Position numbers and translations under genes: made by a program. This document shows positions 52,830 to 64,000 of a DNA stretch of 64,000 nucleotides, in pieces; within the stretch, counting starts at the first letter, position 1, and each line of letters begins with the position of its first letter. The notes under the pieces were generated by a model. It did no database searches, had not been told where the DNA came from, and was given only the letters and a program-made list of their open reading frames with translations. This DNA comes from Octopus vulgaris (lineage: Eukaryota): positions 143,778,001-143,842,000 of the forward strand of contig OX597814.1 in the NCBI GenBank assembly GCA_951406725.2, written 5' to 3'.

Positions 52830-53174
52830 GTATTGATCCACTGAGGAAGCAAATTTCTTTTTCCCCTGCGCTTTAACTGAGTGTTGCCAACTTTGCAAGA
52901 ATTGTTTAAAATGTTCGTCTTTAATGCAACAAATTGAGTCGCAACTCTTATAACACGTCCACACACGCCCGTGTGTGCACATATTCACACACACACACAC
53001 ATACGCACACATATCGGTATATATTTATGTATGGGTATGTGTGTGTGTGGAACTTTGTATGTATGAATGTAATAATAAATCATTACTCATTTCCAGTTAG
53101 AAATTGGCCAACGGAATACTTTAATTTATAACAATAATGGAAATTGTATTTCATTAACATACACATAAACACAC

Positions 53175-53223
<49 letters not shown>

Positions 53224-53249
53224 CATATATATATATATATATATATATA

Positions 53250-54050
53250 CAGGGTATCCCAATAAATGTATATAAACTTTAGCAGCTGTTAACTCAATTT
53301 ATTTTCACTTCTTTTTAGATTTGACCCAATAAAAATAATGAACAAAGGATATTTATTAACAAAGTACACGAAAAAATATGTGCGACAAGTGGGTCGTGAG
53401 ATGGAAATTTCAAAATCGAATGTCTATCGGAATTTGAAGCGTTGTCATTGCAAAAGTTACATTCCAAGAATAGTCCGCGTTCTTATTGAGGAAGTTTCGA
53501 ATATAAAGTGGAGTATTGCAAGTGACGTTTGACTAAATATCTAGAAGATGCACTCTTCCGAACAAAGATTGTTTGGAGTGATGAAGCTGTATTTAAATTA
53601 ATTGGCTCAACCGCTAAAGTTGCACTTATTGGGGACTTGAGAATCCGCATGCTACAGGGAACGTCTTATTAATTTTGAAGAAAGTACTGTATGGTGCAGT
53701 TTATCATCAAAAGGATGAATTGGACCATTCTTTTTTAACGGTACTCTGACTTCTCCCATTTACTTGAACATGCCGCGACAATTTTTTTCACGCCAAGTGT
53801 TCTAGAGGACTTTGAATATATGGAGTTTTATGTCTAGTAAGATGTTGAGATTTTACTAAACAGATGAGTTGAATGAATAGGTTTGGTAGAATACCCTCCG
53901 CATTCACTGGACTGCACACCACTAAAGCTTTTTATAGAGATACTTTAAAGAAAATTTGTACAGTACATAACTGGCAACAGTAGCTGAATTGAGAGTAGGC
54001 ATTGAACGAAAATGCACACAAACACCGAACAAAATTTTTCAAACATTTTC
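53250..54050 (+). mobile_element. Degenerate Tc1/mariner-superfamily transposon
   Basis: TA|CAGGGT start; RQVGREMEISKS.V.R.LK, IVWSDEA.F.L, VWC..S..G.IGPFFF, YPP.S.D.TPL motifs with stops. Confidence 0.75.
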
Positions 54051-55431
54051 ATTCCCCGTGTAACTCAAACAGTAAATTCTTAATACTAGAAGCTAAAACT
54101 GAAACTTAAACCCTAAGACAATACCCTTAAACTATCCCTAAATTATTAACTATAACAATAAAGCAGAATAAGTCCGTACAGGGAATAAAATTTCAAAACA
54201 GGAGAAGTTTCTAATACCTGTGTACTAAGGAAAGGAGAGGGCGAGAACTTCCCCAAATTATATCTTTGTAGCCTTATAGGGAAAATAGAAAAAAATTACA
54301 GTTTAGAAGTTGAAAACAAAGGTACGGTTGGTAAAAGTCACATTGCACAAAGCCATAGAAATATATGTTGTTGAATGTACGTATAATTTTATGTTTGTTG
54401 TTTCATATGGTTGTAGATGTGATTCTGTTGTTACGAACATCACTTCGTAACCAAGTGGGTTCTCAACACCATCAGCACAAAACATTCGTTAACATAAGTT
54501 AGCATTGTTGAAAATATAACATTTAGGCATATACAAATGTTCATAAAAATATGTGTGTGTGAATGTCTATGTATGTGTATATATACATATGCTTCTCCGA
54601 GATTAGTAAATCTAGCGGATCTCTAATTTTTATCCATCGATGCCATTTATGATAATCGATATTGGTCCTTTTTGCTGGTCGATAACTTTGCCATTATTAT
54701 CTTTATTATTGTTATCAATAACAATTGTATGATTTTTCACATGTTGACCTTCAAAATCCCTCTATGCAGGAACAACCTTTTTTATCCTTCGTTCTGCTAC
54801 TGCATTTGTTCACTGCTAAAATGTATTCCACTATAATTTCGCTCTACATATTACCTACCACCGGGTCAGTCTAAAGTGTACGTACATCCAACACTAAAAG
54901 GGTTATGTGCATGTCTGAAGATACAACAGTATTATTTGGGAGCAATAAGGCAGCGAGCTGGCAGAATCGTTAGCACGCCAAACAAAATTCTTAGTAGCAT
55001 TTCGTCCGTCCCTACATTCTGGGTTCAAATTCCACTAAAGTCGTCTTTTCCTTTCATTATTTCGTGTTCGATAAAATAAGTACCAGTTGGGCACTTATAC
55101 AAAACTTATCCAAAACTGTTGGCCTTGTGCCAAAATTCGAGCCGAATATTATCTTGTAGCAATAAGGCGGTGAGCAGGCAAAATCGTTACCGCGCCCGAC
55201 AAAATGCTTAGCGGCATTTCTTTCGAATTTAAGTACAAAATTTCTACAAATACCACTGGAGTCAAAATGACATTCATCTTTTCAGAGTCGATCAAATAAG
55301 TATCAGTTGAGCACTGGGGTCGATGTAATCGACTTATTTTCTACCCACAATATTGTTGGGCATGTACCAATATTTGAAGGTATTATCTACTAGGAATATT
55401 CGACGCGGAAATGAATTTAACATTCTAACAA

Positions 55432-55527
<96 letters not shown>

Positions 55528-55873
55528 GCGTGCGTGCGTGTGTTAGTTAATAAATTGTACGGTATAATAGACCTGGTAGTTTACCGATAAAGCAAGTTCA
55601 CTTTCTCAATGTTTGTTTGGCATTTGATTAGTGAGAGACAGAACATTTAAGATACATCTTGTCACCTGAGGAGACACATTTACACCGAGAGATACATCAA
55701 AACCAGATGAACGGTAAGCCAGCCGTGAGGAATCGGAGTTAGATGGGTTCAAATAATTGTAGTGATCGATAAACATTTTCATATCTTCCATCTTCTGTCT
55801 CTCTCATATATATATATATATAGTGAATGTGTGTCTGCGTGCTAATGCGTATGTACGTATGTATATATGTATG

Positions 55874-55919
<46 letters not shown>

Positions 55920-57409
55920 TGTATGTGTGTGTGTGTGTCTGAAGAGAGACAGAGAGAGGGAGAGAGAGAGGGATTCATATACAAATATATTTATTCATAT
56001 ATTTATACATTCTGCTTCCCTCTATAAAGTGTGTTCACTATAGCACCCTGTGTTTTTCTAAAACAAGAATATACATAATATTATCTTTCGGTATAAAAAT
56101 ACAAAGTGCCCAAAACCCACACTTAGCAGAGATTGAAAGAATATATAATTATTCAATAAAGATCAAAATAAATACACGTTTATGAATGATCAAATGGCTA
56201 AAACTTCAGGTACAAAGTGGTTTTGTTTAATGCAAACACACAAGTCACATTTTATCATTTTATCCTTTACTTAATTTCAGTTATTGTATTGCGGTCATGA
56301 TGAGACGAACTTCCACACGGTTTCCGATTTCCATATCCACTCACGAGTCATTAATCGGTTTGGGTCTACAGTAGGAAACACGTGCCCAACGTGCCACCTA
56401 CTGGAACTGAACCTGAAACTACATGGTGGCAAAGCGACCTTCTTCACCACACAGCAATGTTTGTGTCTAAATATTTTTGTCTAATGATTGCAAACAACAA
56501 CGATGCACAAACCATGACTGTTATACCAAGTTGAGTGCCCGATGTTTAACGTGATTAGCTATACACAGAAACACCATATATAGGGATTATGTCTTCTTTA
56601 TCTGCTGAAGATTACACGTCCAACAACCCCCTGTTGTAGGGATGGTGAAAATTGCGAAGTTTATTGAAAAAAGATCAAGGATCTACGATTTCGTATTGCT
56701 TTTTATCTAAAACCTTTCAACACCCGAATGTGTGTATTAACAGAAAACAAGACATTCCGACAAATTTTACTCATTTGAACATTTATCAAGATGTATTAAA
56801 GATCATCAGCTGGGAAAGAAATAGCTTTCCCACGTGAAAAATTAAAAATTTGAACGAATGGTTGTAGTTTGTTAAGAATAGAAGGTCGTAGCTAAGTCAG
56901 CATAATTTCTTTAATCCAGCATATTTCCTTTATGCGCTGTTCTATTCATTTATACGACAAGCATCACATGAAACCTCGAACAAAAGAAATGAAATAGCTC
57001 ACAAATCTCATAACGCACACGATAATACATTCCTCTTTTCCCCGTGTTTATTTCTTCAGATATATGTTAGGTAATGGAAATCAGTATAAATTTAAATGTA
57101 TACATGCATGCCAGAAGCGACCGTAGATGGCTGGAATCTGGCGACTGTGCTATCTCTCTACCGTACGGTTTCAGCTTTAGAGTGAGGCATCGTCAGAAGA
57201 GCCGGCGCAGTTCGCCAGTTCCCGGACAGCCTCGCTACGAGTAGAAAAATAACTTCAGGTACAATATAATCTGATGCAATCCTCTCTTAGGAAACCATGA
57301 GAAATCTAATATCTGGAAGATATTATGAGTTCAAATTCCGCCGAGGTCGACTTTGCCTTTCATCCTTTCGGGGTCAATAAATTAAGTACCAGTTGCGTAC
57401 TGGGGATAC

Positions 57410-58440
57410 GCAACTCTACAACTCTTATACCATTACAACCATACTACCATTCTATATCTTTCCCACATAATACTAAGTTGGATTATTACCCCTCAAATAA
57501 TAATCTTTTTATATATACTAAAATACACCTTCTGTATAACCAACACATCCCTATCCAAATTGTTATTTTTTACACATATCTTTCTCCGCTCATTTATCTC
57601 CACTTCATTTACTTTGGTCTATCTAACTTCATTTTTAAATTCAATTTTTCATCTTTATAAACACAGCAAGAACATACTACTTTAATTGTAATATCAATAA
57701 TTGCTTCTCTGTTTTTACTTGTTTTTTTTTTCTTTTATTATTAATACCTATATACATGTTACCTAATATGATTTTTTATGCAAATATGAGTCCTTTATAT
57801 ACATCATCCCTCTATAACTCATTCTCATTCGTCTATTTTTTGCCATTTGTTTACATTCACTATCTCGTATTAGCTCCTCATATACCGCTACCTGACGCTA
57901 AACTTCATTCTTTGGTAAAGATTTTTTTAAGCACATTATACAATGTACTGATTTCAACGGTTAGTTTTAATGTTAATTTTAATTTCAATTTGGTACTGTC
58001 TCCCCATTGGACATTTCTACTACTTACTTGCCCTACGCTACTTATAATTCTAATAGAGGGAAAGTCTCCGATACCTCTTTACTTATATCTCCAATTAACC
58101 GTTGAAGCCGATAGCTATGGCTCAATATCCGACATGATTCACCTCTTTCTCACACGGATACCACTATGACTCTCCTAGATCCAATTTTTAATGCTCTAAT
58201 CCTTTTAAGCTCCTTGCATTATGGTTTCTTTCCTTCCTGTGCTAAAGAGTACGTTGATATTTATTTAATTTAATTCAATCATAAATTTATATTGTGATAA
58301 TATTTCTGTACGAAACGATCGTCTGCAAGAATTAAACTTATAAATTTTAACAAGTTGTTTCCTCCATTTTTAACAAAATTGATGGCATTTTTGCAACTTC
58401 ATTCCATAAATTCATCATACATTATGTACAAGTACTACTT
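57410..58440. mobile_element. Degenerate retroelement remnant with mutated hammerhead (58234-58331, + strand)
   Basis: CTAAAGA-GTAC...GTAC-GAAACGATCGTC with TTCCTGTG/TGCAAGAA stem; body not assignable. Confidence 0.4.
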
Positions 58441-58557
58441 TCATATCTTCGCAAATTTACGCCTGTAAACTCCCAGCAAAGTATGAAGAATCAACATCAG
58501 AAATCTTTTTTGGAAACCTCCAATTAAAGGCCGAATCCATATTCAACCTTCATACAC

Positions 58558-58606
<49 letters not shown>

Positions 58607-58797
58607 TTTATGTGTGTGTGTGTGTGTGCAAGATTTTAGACGTATGTATTAAATACACTCACAGACACACACACACACATATATGGCTGAAATTGCGAAG
58701 ATAATCTGGTACTTGACTGAGGAAAGAAAACTCCGAATGACCCGTCCTTGTTTTCTTTTTATCGTCTATCTGAATGTTTTGCGTTCTTGTCCCATTT

Positions 58798-58874
<77 letters not shown>

Positions 58875-59414
58875 ATAAAACCAATTCCCAACAGGAATGT
58901 CAGTTGGAAGGGCACTCTTGCACTTCCAAGACAGTCTGAAGCGATGCAACATTCCCTTTTTTTACTGAGAAAAAAAAGCATCAGAACGCAGGACATGGCG
59001 CCAGTCTTGCTTCTCCTCAGTTCAAAGATTTGAGCAAAGTCGACTCCAACATCGGGACTAACTTCCTGCAAGCATGAAGGCTTGCTGGTAAAACACTATT
59101 CCTCTAAATGGAAACCTTACCTATCATTGTATTATTGTGGCACGAAGCAGAGCAGGCTTTGGCGTTCATGAAAAGAGAATCCTTCATATATATATATATA
59201 TATATGGCATATTTTTCCGTGAAGGAAAGATCAAGAAACACATACAAACACTCACACATACACACAAACGTACACACACACACCACATAAACGCGCGCGC
59301 GCGCGCAAACAGCGGGAGAAGCAAATGGAAAGCAGGACAAGTGACATAAACAACGATCTTTCGGCTGTCCTTCTACTCCTTATTTCGACCATTGAACGAC
59401 AATGCATATATATA

Positions 59415-59450
<36 letters not shown>

Positions 59451-59452
59451 TG

Positions 59453-59506
<54 letters not shown>

Positions 59507-59511
<5 letters not shown>

Positions 59512-60637
59512 TATTATAAAAGGCAGATTTTATCTGCCTCCCTTTGGGAGTTATAGAAATCTACAATATAGGATTTCTTCAATTACAATTTACCTGGCAT
59601 TTTTGAGAGTACAATGCATCGCGTAGGTCCAGTTTTTAAAATTTAAACTCCAATTAAGCAAAATTTACAGAAAACTCACATTCTGGTGTGTGTGTCAAAT
59701 GCTTTTCTTAGTCTGGTTTACACCACACGCAAACGCACACACACACAAAGGGAGCGAATTGTTTCACTGACGCTATCACCCTTCTCCTCCTTTGTCTTTG
59801 CAAGTTGGCAGCTATTAAAGTGAAAACAGTGAATCCGACAGCGATAAAGAAAACGAATTGGTACCTGAATGGAGTGAAAATTTAAAAACTGTTTCTTTCG
59901 GTGAGTTTTCTGAAGAAACTGGACCTAGCCACAGACTTTCCCAGAAGAGTAAAGCCTTAGACTATTTCTATTTACTTTTTCGAATGAGCCTATTTGAAAT
60001 CATTACGCTAAACGTAAACAAACCGAAAGAAAGGATAGTTTGTTATTTCCCACAATCTTAAATGAAATTAAGGCCTATTTTGCCATAAATATTATTATGG
60101 GTATCAGAAAGTTACCCAGAATAACAAATTCTATCGTAAAATTTTGTTGTATACCCAATTGAATATTAGCTAATAACCCATTTTCTATAGCGATGTTTGA
60201 ACAAAATTTTAATAATTTTACAGAAAGTTACCCAGAATAACAAATTCTATCGTAAAATTTTGTTGTATACCCAATTGAATATTAGCTAATAACCCATTTT
60301 CTATAGCGATGTTTGAACAAAATTTTAATAATTTTACAGAAAGTTACCCAGAATAACAAACGAGCCCTTCTGGGTATTAGCGCGCGTCTACGATGAGTCT
60401 ACGATTTAAAAAACAATTACCATCATATTTTTCCATTTTAATGCATTTTTTTCGCTTTTATATAAGGGAAGTAACTCTCTAAAAATATCTACGATGTGTC
60501 AACGATTTAAAGAAAAATTTACCTTAATTTTTTCAATTTTTAATGCATTTTTTTGCTACTTTTTGGCTATAACTCTCTAAAAATGCTTATATAGTTATTT
60601 CCCTTACAAACCCGAGCAACGCCGGGCGATACTGCTA

Positions 60638-60638
<1 letters not shown>
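59507..60638 (+). mobile_element. Non-autonomous Helitron with captured piggyBac fragment and 116-bp tandem repeat
   Basis: A|TC start, CCCGAGCAACGCCGGG hairpin, CTAG|T end; FSEETGP..ALDYFYLLF...EIKAYFAINIIMGIRKLP; repeat starts 60105, 60221, 60337. Confidence 0.85.
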
Positions 60639-60691
<53 letters not shown>

Positions 60692-60775
60692 TATATTATT
60701 ATTTGATTGAACGCCACGCATCCATTTCTAAGTAAGTTTATCTTAATATTTTTTGGTGCGACTCTACCCTTTACT

Positions 60776-60831
<56 letters not shown>

Positions 60832-61557
60832 CTTTCGTTTTCTCTCTCAACCTTTCTCTAATTCTTTTTTCCCCACTTCATCACTTTCTATATGTCTGCC
60901 TTCCTCTCTCCCTCTTCCTCCTTTACTCTCTCCAGTTGCTCACACGTTACCATCGTCCATCTTTCTTTTCCTCAACTGATCATCTTTCTTTTCCTCAACT
61001 GATCATCTTTCTTTTCCTTCAGTTCTGACGTACAGACTGCACGTATTCCTATCTATCTCCTCTTCTGTCTTTTCTCTTGTCAAAGGCAACATTTCTCCAG
61101 CGTTCACTACTTTACCTCGTCTGGTCTATCGACTTTCCACGTTTGTTTTCGTTCGGTTTCTTTGCATGTCTTCACTGTTCTGTTTTTGTTACCAACTTTG
61201 ACCCTCCGCAAATCCTAAATTGTATTTTGATTAGCGGGAGCAACTGCCTTCAGAGTCTTATATTGTCGTTCAATGCTCGAAATAGATGTAAAAGGACAGC
61301 CGACAACTGATGAAGGGTCGTTCTTTATGTCACTTGTCTTGTTTCCATGTTTCTCTCGTTGTTTGCGTACCCAACTTTTCGTATTTGATGTTGTTTACGT
61401 TTTGTGACATCCTGTACCCATATATGCATATCTATATACATATATGTGTATGTATGTACATATATGTATGTGTGTATGCGTAATTATATATATACACCAC
61501 ACATCCATTTCCAGGTAAGTCTATCTCTCTCACTCTCTCTCTCTCTCTTTCTATCTC

Positions 61558-61595
<38 letters not shown>

Positions 61596-62157
61596 GAACG
61601 TCATTAGATATGAGTGAGAGAGTTAGAACACCTACACTGCTAGAAATAAGAGCTACATGGCTCTGTTATTGCTGTTATAATTTTATACATACATACTGGC
61701 CTCGAGCGTAGATTGCCGAAAACGGGCCGAACCATCTTCAGAAGACCCTCAGTTATTTTTAATGACGTTTATTGTTTGCCTTTTTGGTGAAACTCTGCAA
61801 ACTAGCTGACTCATTTAATTATTTATATGCACATTAGCGCTTCGCTAAATCATCCATAAATTTTTATGAAGTACACATATATGTGTGTACTCGTAGCGCC
61901 AGTTTCCAGACAGCCGCGCTACGAGTGGCTGTTCGGAAACTAGCGAACTATGCCGACTCTTCTGACAATGTTTCAGTCTACAGCTGAAACCGTACGGTAA
62001 AGTCACCAGTTTCCGGCCATGTACGGCCACTGCCGGCATGCATGTATACAATTATATCTGCGTTGATCGCAATAACAGAGTCATTTAGCTCTTATTTCTA
62101 ACAGTGTAGGTATTCTAACACCCTCAGTCATAACTTGCTGCCTTGTTTAATTAATTA

Positions 62158-62191
<34 letters not shown>

Positions 62192-62299
62192 GGTATAACA
62201 AAGATGAAGAACACAAGAAACGGGGTATGTTATGGGAAACACTTTTATTCTGAAAATGAACATAAATATAAACATTTATATGGATGGATGTATGGCGGG

Positions 62300-63170
62300 T
62301 TCTTCTGTGCCCCAGGTTTTGGTTGACGCTGCTTTAAATTTATTCTTCAAAGGAAAGACATCCAAATTTGTGAGTGGAAATTACAGAGGAATTAATTTTC
62401 TTGAAACAATTGGTAACTTCAGCTTAATCATAAAAGTGCCTATGCTCCTCTATTATCCCAGGAAGTTGATGTGGTTTTAGATCAGGTCGTGGTACAAATG
62501 ACATTAGTCTTATTGCTCCTCAACTCAAGAAGAAACGCACCGAACATCTCATAGCTCTTTACCAGGTCATTGTCAATTTAACAAAGGCTTTCGACACTGT
62601 TAATAGAATCAATCTTTGGACCATTCTAGGTAAATGGTTATGTCTGCCTCAGTTTGTCAGTTTTAAGCAACTCCATAGTAAGATGAAAGCCCGTTTTAAC
62701 TTCAGCATTTCCCTCTCGGGACCAATTTCCATCAGTAACAATGCCGAATAAGGTGAAATTCCTGCTCCAGCACTTTTTACCATATATTTTGCTGTGTCTG
62801 TTTCGTACGCTTTCTAGAACTGTGATATCAGCGTCTACATTCATTCAGAACCACAGTTAAGGGTTATATAATACGCTTCAACGGAAAATCGAAGACTTTA
62901 CAGGGCCTGGAAAGTCTTCGATTTTCAGTTGAACTCCTTTGTATTGACGATGTAGTTCCCGTTGATCAGACAGAAGAAAACATGAAGGTTATAATGAATC
63001 TCTTCTTAGGGCATGCACTGCTTTCGGAAATACAATCAGTCTGAAGAAGACATAAGTCATGTTTCTCAGCCTCCATGCCAGCCCTATATCGAACCTATAT
63101 ATATATATTACCAATGTCACACACTTACTGTATGGGTTTGCTTACGAGCCTACTGGTTGAGGGATAGCGT
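62300..63170 (+). mobile_element. Degenerate RTE-type LINE RT fragment
   Basis: FKGK.....GNYRGINFL, NLTKAFDTVNR..LW.IL, ELLCIDD remnants. Confidence 0.75.
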
Positions 63171-64000
63171 CAGGGAAAAATCTCTTGATGATACCGAGTG
63201 TTTAAAAACTGAATACTTCAAAACATGCAAGAGAAAGCCTCCTTAGATGATCAAGAATGAAGGATGTCAATATTTCACTATTTATGGAGCTCTTCGGCAT
63301 CGTGTATTCGAGTCACCTTGGAACGAACTGCAATCGCTGTTCTGAGGCTTATATAGAAATAATACAGAGTCTATCTACTAATGTGTACTAGCGCAGCACA
63401 AGCAGCCCTAATAATGTAAACATTACCGCTGGCACATAAATAAAAATACGTGTTTCGTTTATGCGCTCATTGCCTGAGGTATAGCGTCAATAGAAAAAAT
63501 GACTCGAGTACAATTTGTTGAGGAGCTGCAAAAACACCGAAATATCGATATCCATCATTCACGATCACCTAGGGAGTGAGTTGTCTTGCCTGGTTTCTAT
63601 GCACATGCAATTGCTTGTATATACTTGTGTGTGTGTGTGTGTCTATGTGTGTGTGTGTGTGTGTGGGGGGTGTATGTGTGTGTGTGTGTTCAAATGAAAT
63701 TAAATAAAGATCAAGGGAACAGGAATTATGTCATCAGCATAATAACCTTACAGCTGTTTCTGCTATAAGATGCAGTGCATTCAGAGCTGAGTGCTTGTGC
63801 TTTACCTTATAGCTCCATCAGAGCTTCTTGATTACGTAACTGCCGTTCCTCTTTTTTTATTTTCTTAGTATGCTTTGTACTCGTCTAACGCTTTAGTATG
63901 CACCATGTATGTATGACTACCATATTTTCCGGCATGCAATTCGACATATACTATAAACATGTAATGCAAACAATGGAACATCGTCGCTATCTTTCCAAAT

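Noticed and set aside
59117-59170. MNAKACSASCHNNTMI|gtaagg as a paralog or 5' exon of the Cys-rich peptide
   Set aside because: No signal peptide, lies between microsatellites, similarity limited to CxxxC
61230-61420. CTCGAAA...CTGATGAAGGG in the repeat family also at 9480-9600 and 52620-52780, as a hammerhead
   Set aside because: Core halves are in permuted order and no consistent stems I/II could be formed

Overview
AT-rich, microsatellite-saturated eukaryotic DNA. The tRNA-derived SINE families and (TA)n/(CA)n/(AAT)n load point to an octopus-like cephalopod genome (inference). Almost all ORFs in the track are microsatellite artefacts. Two spliced genes can be built by hand on the minus strand. 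(1) The first 10 coding exons (35819->2169, continuing off the left edge) of a divergent integrin beta subunit; all junctions are GT-AG and phase-compatible. Its beta-I domain lacks the ADMIDAS Asp pair, the specificity-loop disulfide and the Arg/Lys that normally plugs into the alpha propeller. (2) A two-coding-exon gene (49680->43413) for a 99-aa secreted precursor with a cationic 8-Cys region and an acidic tail. The rest is transposon debris (SINEs, mariner/Tc1, Helitrons, LINEs, MITEs) plus a cluster of hammerhead-ribozyme-bearing, Penelope-associated elements. These include a 353-bp retrozyme-like tandem unit, related fold-back palindromes that turn at the same homologous site, and a young GIY-YIG Penelope-like element with ~860-bp inverted arms inside the peptide gene's intron. 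All calls are by eye; TE boundaries are approximate unless TIR/TSD are quoted.
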